Shown: positions 14,544 through 27,235 of the stretch, one piece after another
How positions within the stretch are numbered: position 1 is the stretch's first letter
Layout of the letters: the number at the start of each line of letters is the position of its first letter
NCBI GenBank assembly: GCA_000165425.1
Contig: CT868018.1
Location: 199,204-263,203, forward strand
DNA length: 64,000 bases
Reading direction: 5' to 3'
From: Paramecium tetraurelia
Lineage: Eukaryota
Notes under the pieces: generated by a model
Told to the model about the DNA's origin: nothing
The model's input: only the letters and a program-made list of their open reading frames with translations
Databases searched by the model: none
Position numbers and translations under genes: made by a program

Positions 14544-14980
14544 TAAAAACCATCATAAATAACTTTATTTATAAATCAGCATAAGATATAATCGACTATC
14601 ATTCATTTTCAATGGTCTTAATTCTGGTTATCATCTATTTCTAGATATTTCAAAGATAATTTTATATTTCTATAATACATAAAAATATTGTTCTCTTATC
14701 TCTCAATTGATTTGGATTCTCAACCTGAAAATAGCATAAACTACCATTTTGATCATATGTCTGAATTGAGATTACCTAGCTTTTACCTGTCTAGTATAAA
14801 ATAGGTGAATCATACAATTATGAATATACAATTATATATTTTTAATTAGTTTTTTCAAATGATTTTAAATGATCAATATCTAGGAACAATGTATAATATT
14901 ACAGTTATTACGCATTATTACAGAAACAAAACTTGATCAAATTAGAACTGAGAAATCTAAAAAAAAATTTTTAAATAAAA

Positions 14981-15301
14981 ATGATGGCTCAATCACCAAA
15001 GTTCAAAATTGAAAAAATGGCTCCATTAAGTAAACATCAAAAAGTCCTAATTGATGAAGAACCTATTGATGATATGGTTGAAGTTGATGAAACAAAAATC
15101 TCTTTCAATGAAAAATTAATTGTCTGTGATTATAAACCATGGCAATCTGTTATTTAAATAAGAAAAACAATCGAAAAATTAAAAGGATATTCAAATGTAC
15201 ATTGGATTAATCCTATCCTTGATGTCCGTCTCAAAAACCCATCTAGATCCATTTTAAAAAGCCCTTCAAAACTCTCATCCAATTTTGCTATACAAAAGTG
15301 A
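14981..15301 (+). CDS. Small intronless hypothetical protein (106 aa) with KISF and SILK motifs
   Basis: Clean ATG-to-TGA frame of 321 nt in code 6, preceded by an A-rich start context. Confidence 0.85.
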
Positions 15302-16643
15302 TCCATATTTATCCTATATTACAACTATATTATTAATGAAAAAAAGAAAATAATTTAAAATGGAATGTTTTAGATTAGACTTACACTACTAAATCAATAA
15401 AGTTAAGAGATATATAGCACGGCTAAAAATTCTTAAACAACATTTCTAAACTCTATAATAAAGCCTATATAATTAATATACAAAAAGGTCTATTCTTAAA
15501 AGTAATGTTCATAATGATTATGATAATAATTAAATAAAATAAATGTTCATCTATTTTTTCGGTTAAATATATAAGATTAATGATCAGAGAAGTTGTACAT
15601 CAATTTAAATTAATTTTATACTTCTTATTCAGGTATGCGCATTTTCTATTTTTCCCTAATCAATGCTATATAAATCAATTAAATTAAGAGAAATTCAATT
15701 ATTCCTTATGATCGCCCTCATAAGTTATCTTATAAATCTAATTTTAGTAGCTTCCTAATTTTTAAGGCTTATTGATATTTATTAAGGCTATTATCCTTCT
15801 TAAGGGCTCTAGAATTTGATTTTACCATATTGTTTAAATATCTATTATAGTTTAAGCAATGCTAATTATTGCCTTAGATAATAATTCTCAAATAATACGT
15901 TCATATATTTTATAAAATGATAAATAAGGGTATTATATTTAACAATGAGATCAACTTAAATTAATACTTATAATTTTATAGGAGTAACAATCATCATTTT
16001 AATACCAAGATAATTTGCTGTAAAATTAATTTTGAATTATCAAAATTATAAAATTTAAAAATGCTTAATATATAATGTTGAGCATGCTATGGTTCAGGAT
16101 ATAAAATTCAAACTTTTTCATTGTTTATGAAATCAAAATGATTTAATATTTAGTCTGTAATTTTTTCTTCATTTATTACACTTAATTTTAAACTTTGATT
16201 CAAATTCTTGAATGATATTCTAATAATATGAGTCTAAATAGTAATTCTAAGTATAAAATCTAGAATCTGTAAAATATAAACTGCATTTGATGTGCTACTC
16301 CTATAATCGTAATAGTATTGGGACTTTTTATGCATATTAAATCAAAAAGTTAAAAATCAATCATTCGATTCATAAATGGAGAATCATAATGTCCTACAGA
16401 ATCTTTTTATTGAGGTAATATTATTATTTATCATAATGATGCGTTTAAATTTTAGAGAAATTAATTAATATAAACTTATCATTACAACTTATCAAGAATT
16501 CATCATTACTAATTGGCATTTGCATCACAGTTTTGGATTATAAAAGCTTTTGGAGTAGCAAATGTTAATTATAAATATCAATTTGATTGAAAGAAGCACA
16601 AATCAAGCACAGAGAAGCTTCAAAAAGCTCAAGTGTTTTATCA

Positions 16644-18007
16644 ATGTTGGCAATTCAAAGGCCAGACAAGACATAATCGAGCGTTCAAACAATAGTTGGA
16701 ATAGTGAATTCAATGGTTGGATCATTATGCTTAGTTTTACCCTTAGTATTTTTGAATTATGGAGTGATATCCTGTACAGTGATAATGATAATATTGGGAT
16801 TTGTTTAATACAATACTTGTTCTCTTTTAATACTTCATTTGAAAGATTAAGAAGTAGATACTGAACATATGATCAAGAGAATTTTAGGAAAGTAATGGAT
16901 GTAAGCCTTCAGATTTTGTTCTGGCACTCTCTTATTTATAGTCGGCATAATATACTTCTAATTGATCAATCTCACGTTATACCCAATTATAACATACATT
17001 CTAAGCTATAATGATATTGAGTTTGCCGATGCAAGTGAACATTTTGTATTTAATAAGTATACTTTTTATAATAATTAAGATTTTCAATTTAATGGTAAGC
17101 CTTGATAGTCTTTCTTCCACTATCAACATTACTGTTAATCAAGGATATTACAACAATAGTTAAAATAGCTCATTACGGAGTAATTGCTTTATTTGCATAT
17201 GGAATTTTTATTATTTATATTTTTATAGTAAATCTAGCAAGTGAGGATATTTCATAAAAATTTGAATAAATAACTTTATGGTCATGGGAATTCAGTTAGC
17301 CTGCCGGTTAATTTGCTTTAGCCTTTATGATTCACAATGCAATAGGACAATTAATTAAAAATAATGAGAAGAGGGATAACAATTCTAGAGATTTGGCTAT
17401 AGCTTATGGGATTTCAGGGATGATCTATGGGATAGTGGGAATATTTGGTTCTATTGGGATTTGGTAATGCATCAAAATTATTTAGGGTTTTGAAAATGTT
17501 TCTGATGCTTAAACAATTCTGAACTGTTTTAAGAAATCGGATGTGGAGATCATTATAATAGAGAGTCTATTTTTAGTGCATTTGGTTACAGCATTTCCAA
17601 TATTTAATAACATTAGCAAATATTAGATTTTGGAAGTACTTTATCATAAGAGGGAACCATCAAAAAAAGTGTATTGGGGATTCAGCGTTCTGTTTATGAT
17701 TCTGTGTTTAACAACTCAAATTTTGAACATTCCTGTTGGACTTGTGATTTCATTTGATGGAGCAGTTTGTGGGTTCTTGTTGGTATACATAGTTCCAATC
17801 AGCTTGCATCTGAAATGCTATTACACTTAGAATAAAGTCACCTTGATAGGGGATGACGATGATGAATGTAATACTCACGCAAATTGCGTGAATCATAAGG
17901 ATAAGAATTCAATTCCAATGTTCGCTAGAATTGCATTCTATGCTTTGATGATGGGAATCGGAATATACAATTTAATTGTATAATTTTATGATATATTTAA
18001 ATCCTGA
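16644..18007 (+). CDS. Amino acid transporter, AAAP/SLC38A9-like; start uncertain
   Basis: QSSVQTIVGIVNSMVGSLCLVLP, AGQFALAFMIHNA and DGAVCGFLLVYIVP..LH with many hydrophobic helices; two introns; TGA at 18005-18007. Confidence 0.88.
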
Positions 18008-18033
18008 TATTAAAATAAATTAAAATATTTAAT

Positions 18034-19840
18034 ATGCTACAATTAATTAGGGTAGGAAAGAGACAGTTAGTGTGTGTTCCTTCGTTTAATTATAAATTAA
18101 GAAGGCCCGCCCCGAAGATGTCAGAATATGACAAGGAAAGGATTGAATATAAACATTTAATGAATTAGGTAGGAAATTAGTGATATCAAAGTATAGGTCA
18201 AGAATCGTCAAGGACTTTTGGGAAGAATAAACCAAAATTGAAAATCAATATATAGACGACTATTTGGCAAAAGAAAAAGCAAAATAAGAGAGACTTGATA
18301 TTTATAAAAGAAATTAGACTGTAATCTAAACATTTAATGCAACATAATAATTCAATAAGTTACAAGACATCAGAAGAGTCAGGAATGAAAGAGTCAAGAA
18401 ATATCTGGTTGAATAAGACATTAAAAAAATGAATAGGCAATAAATAATCAGAGTATTAAATGAAGAATCCAAAAATTGGATTTCAGATAAAAACTCATAT
18501 GAAAAGTTTGTAGGAAATCTATTAATTCCTGATACTGTTCTAGATGAAATATCATATTATCATGATCTGTAAGAGAAAGCAATTCTTTTCGAAACAGCTT
18601 AATATGAAGAAATTGATAAGTATTCACTACATTTAATTAATTAGATTGAATGATCCAAATATCTAGTTAGAATGGAAGAATAGACTGGGAATGCCAATAT
18701 ATCAAAGAATTGTGACTCTAATTAAATTTTTAAAACAAGATAATGTATTAGGAAATTTAAAATTTGAATGGGATACTTGTTAAGCAATTATTTTGACTGA
18801 CAAAAAGTTAAGCGAAAAAGAAATGGCTGAATAATTAGATAAAGTAAATGGCGCATTTTAAACTGTCATTGCATAGAAGATAGAAGAGCTTGAAAATAAC
18901 CCAGTGAAAAGACTAGAAGAAATGAATAAATAACTTATAAGATTATATAATCTCTTTGAATTATGGGATAAATACATCACCATTGTTAAAATGGATAACT
19001 CAACTGCTTAATAAATAATGTAAGCTGCCAAAGCCTAAATTAATTTATTTGAAACAGAAGGTGGAAAAGATTATATGATGACCTCAGACAATAGTCTAAT
19101 TGAGAAGTTCGATGGCAAGGAGACTAAAAGTACGGTAGAAAAAGATGATAAATATATCAGTGCAGACGAAACACATACAGACAGTGAAGATATCGATTTG
19201 GAAAATCTATAGAAAAAGAAAGAGACCAAAGATATTTATGGTGGTAGAACCACAAAAACATATGACTTTGATACTCAAAGAATTAAGGACAAAGACAAAG
19301 AGTTTTCTAAATTGGTTGAAGAATTATTTGCTAAGGCCGAAGCAAAGGCTAAGGAATCCAATCTTGAATTCGAGTCTAATTACAGAAAGAATCCTCATCA
19401 AAAAGTGTTCTATAATGACAATCTAAATGCTCCTAATGTTCCTGATGCTAGATCAGTTTTCGAAGGCGTAGATTTGGAACAACTGTTCCCCTCTGAAATT
19501 CTCAATGATGAGACCAAGACTCCTTATCTTGATTTCAAAAATGTTGAAGATATCGAAAATCATTATTATGAATTAGTAATATCATCTCATTTATACTTCC
19601 TAGAAAGCTATCTATAGTCTTAGAAAACAAGGCGAATAGAATGTCCTTCTTAACCCAGATGTCTAAAAATTCAACACCACAATCACTGCCTAAACCTACA
19701 AATAAATCCTCAATAATCTTGAGGTACCAGCTGAGTATTCAAAATTGAAATAAGATACTTAAAAATTGGTCGATGCAGTAGGAGAGATCAAAGTCACTGA
19801 TGCCGATTTCTTATTGAAGATCTGGAATTATTATAATTGA
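18034..19840 (+). CDS. Putative mitochondrial protein (coiled-coil N-terminus, possibly mitoribosomal mS26-like)
   Basis: Basic, acid-free N-terminus MLQLIRVGKRQLVCVPSFNYKLRR resembles a presequence; three tiny introns; TGA at 19838-19840. The family call is tentative. Confidence 0.75.
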
Positions 19841-19937
19841 TGATAAATAAGAATATGTATAAAATAAAGAAGCAATATTCTAACATATATCCTCAATCAA
19901 AATAAAATTCTGTTTAATAAATATTTTTAATTTATTT

Positions 19938-22900
19938 ATGATTAAAAACTATGTAAAGCGAGCCCTCATCTAGAGGTATTTACCCACAACAGGGTGCCGT
20001 TACGAGTTTTCAGAGGAGTAAGATACGGAAAAAAAGTAGACAAGGCTTAGATATACTTATGAAGAATAATAAGATATCAATAGATAAAAATAAAGTAATA
20101 CTGTCATTCCTATCAAGGCAACTTTTTATTAAGAAGGATTCTAATAAATTATTATAGGTATAAACCAAACAAAGCAGAAATGATAAAGAAAATTAATTAA
20201 TATTTCAATCCGAAAAAGTAAAAGGCTGAAGAAGCAATCCCAGAGACTTAGGAAGGGGAAGAAGGATAAGAAGGTCAGAAACCGATTGTTAAGTTTTCTC
20301 GTATTAGTAGGACTAGTAAATAAAAGATCTTTAGGGACTTTGTACATGAGAAGAAAATCTTCAAGTTCAAAAGGGATTACATTTTTTCAAACAAAATAAG
20401 ACCATACAAGCCAACTAAAGATGATATCATAGACTAAATGTAAAAAGAACTCCATGGTCAAAAATTCATCAACAATCCAAATTTATTTGATAAATTTAAA
20501 CAAAGATATAGAGATTATGAGAATAACAATTTGACAAACCTCATTATGAGATACGATAACTTTTAACCATCGCTTGTATATGAGTAATTGAGATCTCATT
20601 TTACTAGTGGACTTTATGGATTTCTAAAAGAAGAATAATTTTAGTAATTTTTTAATATATATAAAAATAGAACTCTGATCTTTCACAGACCATCCTTTTA
20701 GATTTATCTTAATAAATTACCTGAATAATTCTTCCTTCAATATTCGAAGTATATAAATACAGATAATATTACTTAAATTATCAAAGAGGTAGAGGGCAAG
20801 AACTATAAATTTTTACCTATTCTCAGATACTGTGAATTAAAGAATAAAGCATATTATTTTGAACTTCAAGAAAATTTTGATTAATTCCTTCAGAAAGTCC
20901 CTGATTAAGATCAATTACTGATACAATACTTCTTTTTTCATGAAAACAATTCTAAATTGCTTAATTATGAATCTTTTCTAAAGGGTATTTTGAATATCCA
21001 ATGGGGAGGTTAAGTAAATTAGGAACCCTTGAAGCAGCAACTTGTAACTTTGCTTAATGTCAAATTCAAGATTAATCTGAATAGAGAATTGCAGTTGTAT
21101 TTAGCTGATTTATTTTTTGGATGTGACTCATTCGATAAAGCCATTGTTGCTATAGCTTTATAATATTTATTGTTATAAAGATTGACACATGCTTTCCCAA
21201 TAAAAGACATTTTAGAGTGTTTTAAATAGACTTTAGGTGAGGAGAGATTTACATTTTACTTATAATAAGAATTACCTTAAATCCTATAAAACTTAAATAT
21301 CAAAACCTATTACTCGTCGTTCTAAAAAGGACTCATCGAATATCAATAACATAAATCAAGTATATTATTTAATAAAACTTTAGAAAAATCCTTGACAATC
21401 TAAAATTACACAAATCTTGATGGAATATTCTTAAAAGGCAAATACATTGAGGTTTCATAATTCTAAATTCTCTATAATCCAAGTTCAACTAATTTGATGT
21501 ACACTAATCAAACCATCGCCTACGATGTTAAAGAAAATGCAGTCAAGGAGGCCGTCTTAAATAACTCTACTTTGATATTAGAAAAAGAATTATCTAATCT
21601 CTTTAGCTATAAAGAATATAAATGGAATATAGTCGACATGGCACATAGATTAGTTTACAGGAAAAAGATCATGAATAGAAACTTTTTAAGATATAACCTA
21701 ACAAAACACTACCTTCAGAGAAAGAGAAAATTGAGAAAATATAGACTTAGATAGGATATATAAAAAGAATTATATGATCTTTAAACAAATTTAAGATAAC
21801 ATTAAAAAATACAACCACTTTTATAAACTATATCTCCAATTTAAACAGAAAAAGCACCTGCAGAAGAAGTTTAAGAAAAACCATAAGAGACATAAGAGAC
21901 CAAGGAGGCATAAGAGGCAACAAGTGAAGAATAGCCTTAAGAAAAGACTTTGGAAGAAGAAATCTTTTCTTTCGCAGAGGAGAGATAATAATATAATTAA
22001 TTAAGACTAGCAAGGGTTAAGACCTTCACTAAGATCTCAAAAATGTTGCACACTTTGATAATTTAGAATCGTCCTATGATTAAGGAATATAGATAAAAGT
22101 AATTTGTTTAAAAACCAAAATATCACTTTTGTACTTAAAAGTTTGAGGAAATTCCAAAAGATGAAGGAACAGGTTTCATGAACTATCTAAAATCTGTCGA
22201 ATCTATTGATTTAGAAGTTAAATAATAAGAGGAACTAAATTAAATTTAATAATAAAGAAGGTAACCATAGTCAAGAAAGCATGGAAAGATTCTTTTAGAG
22301 AGAGGAGAAGCATAATAACTTAAATCCATATTTTCAGAGGATAGTGAAAAGTAATACATAATATTAATAATTTATTAGTCTAATCAGAATTAGACAAGAG
22401 TAGAAGAAGTAATCTGATATGTTCCAGAAGTTAGAATAACCACAGAGATTTAGAAGAACCAAAGCTAGCGATACAAATGAGGTGGTTCATAAAATGCCTT
22501 TTGAAAATGCTGAAAAAGAGAAACAAAATATACCTTAATTACAAGAGCAATATGTAATTGATAATATATTGTACAACACAAATTTAAGTGCTAAAGCTCA
22601 TTTTTAGATTACTTAACTCTTTTAAGAAAATCAGACAAGATAATAATTAGTTGAAGATGTTTAAAACTTTTTAAGTGGAATCAAATAGAGTTAAGATGGA
22701 TATCATTTTTATTTGATTTCTGAACTTATTTCAGCATTGGAAACTAAAAGACCTTTAGAATCCAAAATAATCTTTACATAAATCATTTGCCAAGTCAAGA
22801 ATAAGATTGAAGTTAATGAAAAGATAAAGGTGAAATATACTACATAATATGGAGATATTGAGAAGAATTATGGTAAATACATTAATTAGACATGCACTTA

Positions 22901-24273
22901 ATTCTCACTTGGATCAAAAGGATACAACTATATATTAGATTTTATTTTGTAAGAAGGAAATTACAACAGATTGTTATATAAGAGAACATTAGCACATTAT
23001 TGTCTTAATGAGACTGTACTTTATGATTCAACATTTGAAAAGATTACTTAAATTACAAAGAATAATAAGATTCCTTAAACTTGTGCCGAGTTCTTTTATG
23101 CATTTTTATCAACTAAAATTACTATCAATTTTACTTAGATGAGAAAGATTGTTAATTTATTATATCAATTTAAACACTTTGAAGCAGAAGCAGAATAATT
23201 GATTATTGGATTCTATTTTGCTTATTAATGGCAATTAAAGTTTGAAGAATTATAGCCAATATTTTAGAGATTGATTAATTAGAATAAGAGAGATAGGTAT
23301 ATGTCTTTGTATGAATCTTTGAAAGATTAATTAATGGGAAGAAAGCTTAGATAAATTCCCACTTAAGACCCAGTTGAAGTCAATAAAATTATGACTGAAT
23401 ACAAATAATAATAGAAAGACTAGCTTAAGGAATTTGTAAGAAAGTTTTCCTAATTATTGTTGGATTCCAAATTGCCAGACGATGCTAGATTAGTAATCAA
23501 TGATGCCAAGAGATTCAGATATTAATATGAAATATTTGATTATAGACTTTGGCTTTTATCTCATGTAAACCATTTTGAAGATGCCTTAAAAATATGGGCT
23601 GATTATGGTGTCAAGTTTCCTAATGTTTATGATATCACCATGTTTAAAGCCTTTTTATCATTATTACAGCAATAAGAAACCGCACATGAATCAGATGATA
23701 CTAAGGCACTATTTTAGGATGTTATTAGAATTTATATCTTTGAGAAGAAAATCACTTTGGATCATGATTTAATATTTGATATTACACATACTTATAAGAG
23801 ATTGAAAGAATTTACAAGTTATTAGAATTTCATGAAGTTCTTACTAGAAATTAGATATAAATGTATACCTTCCCATAAGTACTTGTTTTACAAAATGATG
23901 AATTTCGCTGAAGTTGATAGTGTCAAAGAAACAATAAAAGGAATCATTGATATTCTATTTAAGGATGAACAAAGAAAGAAAGATGGCAAATAAAAATAAA
24001 ATAAAAAAGAAGAGGAAGTTAATTATGATCTTGGTAATAAGGGTCCAAATCCTTTACATATTTAAGATTTGACAAAAGAGGTAATTTTAACATAATTAAA
24101 TTTAGAATAAATTAAATAACAAGAAAAAGAGAGGAATTTTGGTTAGAGGTGGCAAGAGTAAGTTTACCCAAATTGAAACAGATGGTATAGCCGATAAAAA
24201 TAAAGAAGAAGACGGCAAGACTACTACAAAGGATGGTAAAACAACTAAAGATGCCAAAGCAACAAAAGAGTGA
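19938..24273 (+). CDS. Large (~1400 aa) helical hypothetical protein, possibly mitochondrial
   Basis: Long code-6 frame with several tiny introns, a basic N-terminus (MIKNYVKRALIQRY), an acidic EE-rich linker and a K-rich tail ending KATKE-TGA. Confidence 0.8.
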
Positions 24274-24521
24274 GCTATAATTTAGTGTATAAATATGGTA
24301 AAATAATATGAATAAACAAAAATTATTAAAACATGTAGATATTCAAAAAAATCTTAAGACTTTAAGAAAGTTGTTATTTCTCAACCATCCTTTAATGTTT
24401 TTCGCATCTTTCTTTTACGGCTTATCTATTTTTTCTGAATTAATTAAGAATGAAATTAACTATTCACTAATAATTAAAATAAGAAATTTGTATATTTTCC
24501 ATAAATATTATTAAAAATAAA

Positions 24522-26525
24522 TCAAAATATTTTTTTTGGTTGAACGAAATTTAGATAATCGATTTTCTCTTTCTTTTCCTCTAAACTCTCATTAATTTTG
24601 AGATTCTTTAATAAGGAATCTGTAGATTTAAATCTAGCTTAATTTAATATTGGTTATATCGGTTCTTTTGAGGTTTAATATTTTCTGACTTTCTTAAAGG
24701 ATGCTTAGATAAGTTATTAAACTTATCTAGCCTTTTTATCAGGGTTATTCGATTTATATGCTTCTTGATACATTAAAGAAAGTATTAAATTATCCTAAGG
24801 TACTTTTGGCAATCTTGTTATTGAATCTAGAACCTAATCTAAATTCATTTAGGGAAGTATTTTATTAGGACTTATGCTAGGCAATTTAGCATGAAAAGAG
24901 AATTTTTCTAACTTCCTCTACCTCACTTTAGGAACTGCTCTCTCATCAATGTGAGTACTTAATAATTTAAGTATTTTAATACAGTTCTCTAACTTATTTT
25001 GTTTAGGTTTCATAATTTTGATTTCCAAATTTCTTTAATTTTTACTAATATTATTGAAGTGCATTACTAAAAACTCTCTATCCCTTTTCTTCTGTTTGAA
25101 GTTCGCAAGAATCATCATTTATTATACCTGATTCTGTGATATTTTGAAATACTTAAACTTAGCTCATGCTATGGTTATTTGAGTGATACTTTTTCCTTTT
25201 TTCTTAAGTTTTTCTTTTCTCGATATGCAAATAAACCTATATTGATATAAAGCTATATTGTTACATTATTTTAATCACTAATTTATGCCATTGCAGATTT
25301 ATAAATTAAATTCCAATGTTAAAGAATTAGTTTGGATTATTTCTTCATATTATCATAAACAATAAAGTTGCCTAGATTATTAAAAAACTTGTTTTTTCTT
25401 ATTTTATAAACAATTAATCTAGGCGATATTGCCCTAGCCGTAGTAAACCTAGTGACTTTATTCAAAATTTCCACTTCTCCAAATTATTAGTTCTCTCCAT
25501 AAGAAGATAGAACTAGATTTCTCTCTCCAATTCTTTTGGAAAGTTAAACTTCTCCATTGATGATAAAAAATAACGAATTCGATTTGCTCCCTTCTTCATA
25601 TATGATTTCTCCAGCTTTATATGTTATTTTTCTGCATTCTAACAAAATTCCCATAATCTCGTTCAAGTCTGAATCAGCTGAAGTGAACAGTGTATTTTTT
25701 TTAAAATATTATATTTTCTCTTCTAATGCTTCACTTAAATATGGATCCAATAACTAGACATATGCTGCTTCAGTCATATATAACAGATGAGTATTTTCAA
25801 CTGCAAACACTGTTGAAGCTCTAGAAGTTTCCAATTTTATAGCGACTTCACCAAAAGAACTAACAATTTTCGATAAAAAATTATACTCTCCAGAAAATAG
25901 CATTTTCATCATCATATACTCTGGAAATAAACTCTTTAGACCATAAGGATCTATGGTTGTTTTATTTTCCTATTCTAATTCAACTTCGATATTATTCATT
26001 CCAACCATTTTTTCTTTTGGTTTCAACACTACGCATCTTCCATCTAGAATAATATAATAGTATTTATTTTGGTCTCCCTATCTATATACCATATTAAAGG
26101 CTTGAAAGTATTAATATCTAAATGCTAAGTAAGTTTTACCTTAATTAAGTGTACACTTTATGCATTATTTCTGGAGGAATTTATTCTTTCATGTGTTTTA
26201 TTGCTTTTACTTATCCAAGCTACTCTATTAAAACAGGTGAAGTTGGAACGAATGTATTCGATAAAGTTCTTAAACTTGCTTTCTGAAATTTTTTACTATA
26301 TTTTTTTTGCTAAGGATCAAAAGTGAACGGTGGCAAATTATTTAATTCAGATTTTATCGATTCAATATCGATAAGCTTCTTTTATTTTTTATAATCTTTA
26401 TTATTCATTAATAGCAATGATTTATTTAATTTCTCCTCATCCGAGTCTGAATTTGGTTAAGGCTTTGTAAAATCAAACATTTATTTGTCCGAAATTGTAA
26501 ACTAGGATTGAATGTAGGAACTCAT
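24522..26525 (-). CDS. Cyclic nucleotide-binding domain protein (two cNMP-like domains)
   Basis: VYRQGDQNKYYYIILDG and FGEVAIKLETSRASTV in domain 1; IIYEEGSKSNSLFFIINGEV and FGEVEI in domain 2; tiny introns. Confidence 0.87.
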
Positions 26526-27235
26526 AAATTTCACTAAAAGGTTAAATTATAATTTTTAATTAATTTATTGATAATCCCAAATGTTATTGAAAAAATTCAG
26601 AAACTTATTTTTCATTTTTATAAATAAAATTATTTCTTAATTGTTCAAGCTGTTTGATTATAAAAAGAGAACTAGAAATATTCCTTGTAATATGATTTTG
26701 AATTTATTGTATTTCATTGTTGTTAATAAAATAGTAATAATAGAAACTAATTTAATAAATATTTTCATTAATTGATTATGTCTACAAGCTATTGATAAAA
26801 AAATGATTTCCTATTAGTAATTTTATCACTCAACAATTTTATTTTTAGTAGAGACTTAAAATGATTTTCGAGTGTATGATTACTAAAAATATAAATGCTT
26901 TAATTTTATAATGTACTATTCTAGTTATAAATAAATAAAGTAAGTTGAGAAATTTTGAAAATTTGTACTCAATAATTTTGCTATTTTAGCGTTGTATGTC
27001 CTCAGAATAAAAGGTGTTTAAAAATATTTTCTTATTCATCATTCACATAGTCGTTGGTTTATTATATTAATATATTATATCAAAAATATTCTTCATATTA
27101 TATAACTTGACAAATTGTTTACAATATTTGTTAAAGTTCATCTTACTCTACAATTTAAGAAATCATATTCATATTTTTGTCTTTATTCAATAACTTTAGT
27201 TTTAAATAAAAACGGAATATACTAATTTATCACTA

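Noticed and set aside
14575..14815. Possible small minus-strand gene with a 20-nt intron-like segment
   Set aside because: No consistent frame or recognisable motif; it may be a remnant but cannot be supported.
24330..24505. Minus-strand ATG plus intron-like segment downstream of the cNMP gene
   Set aside because: Early TGA in the frames tried, and too short to support.
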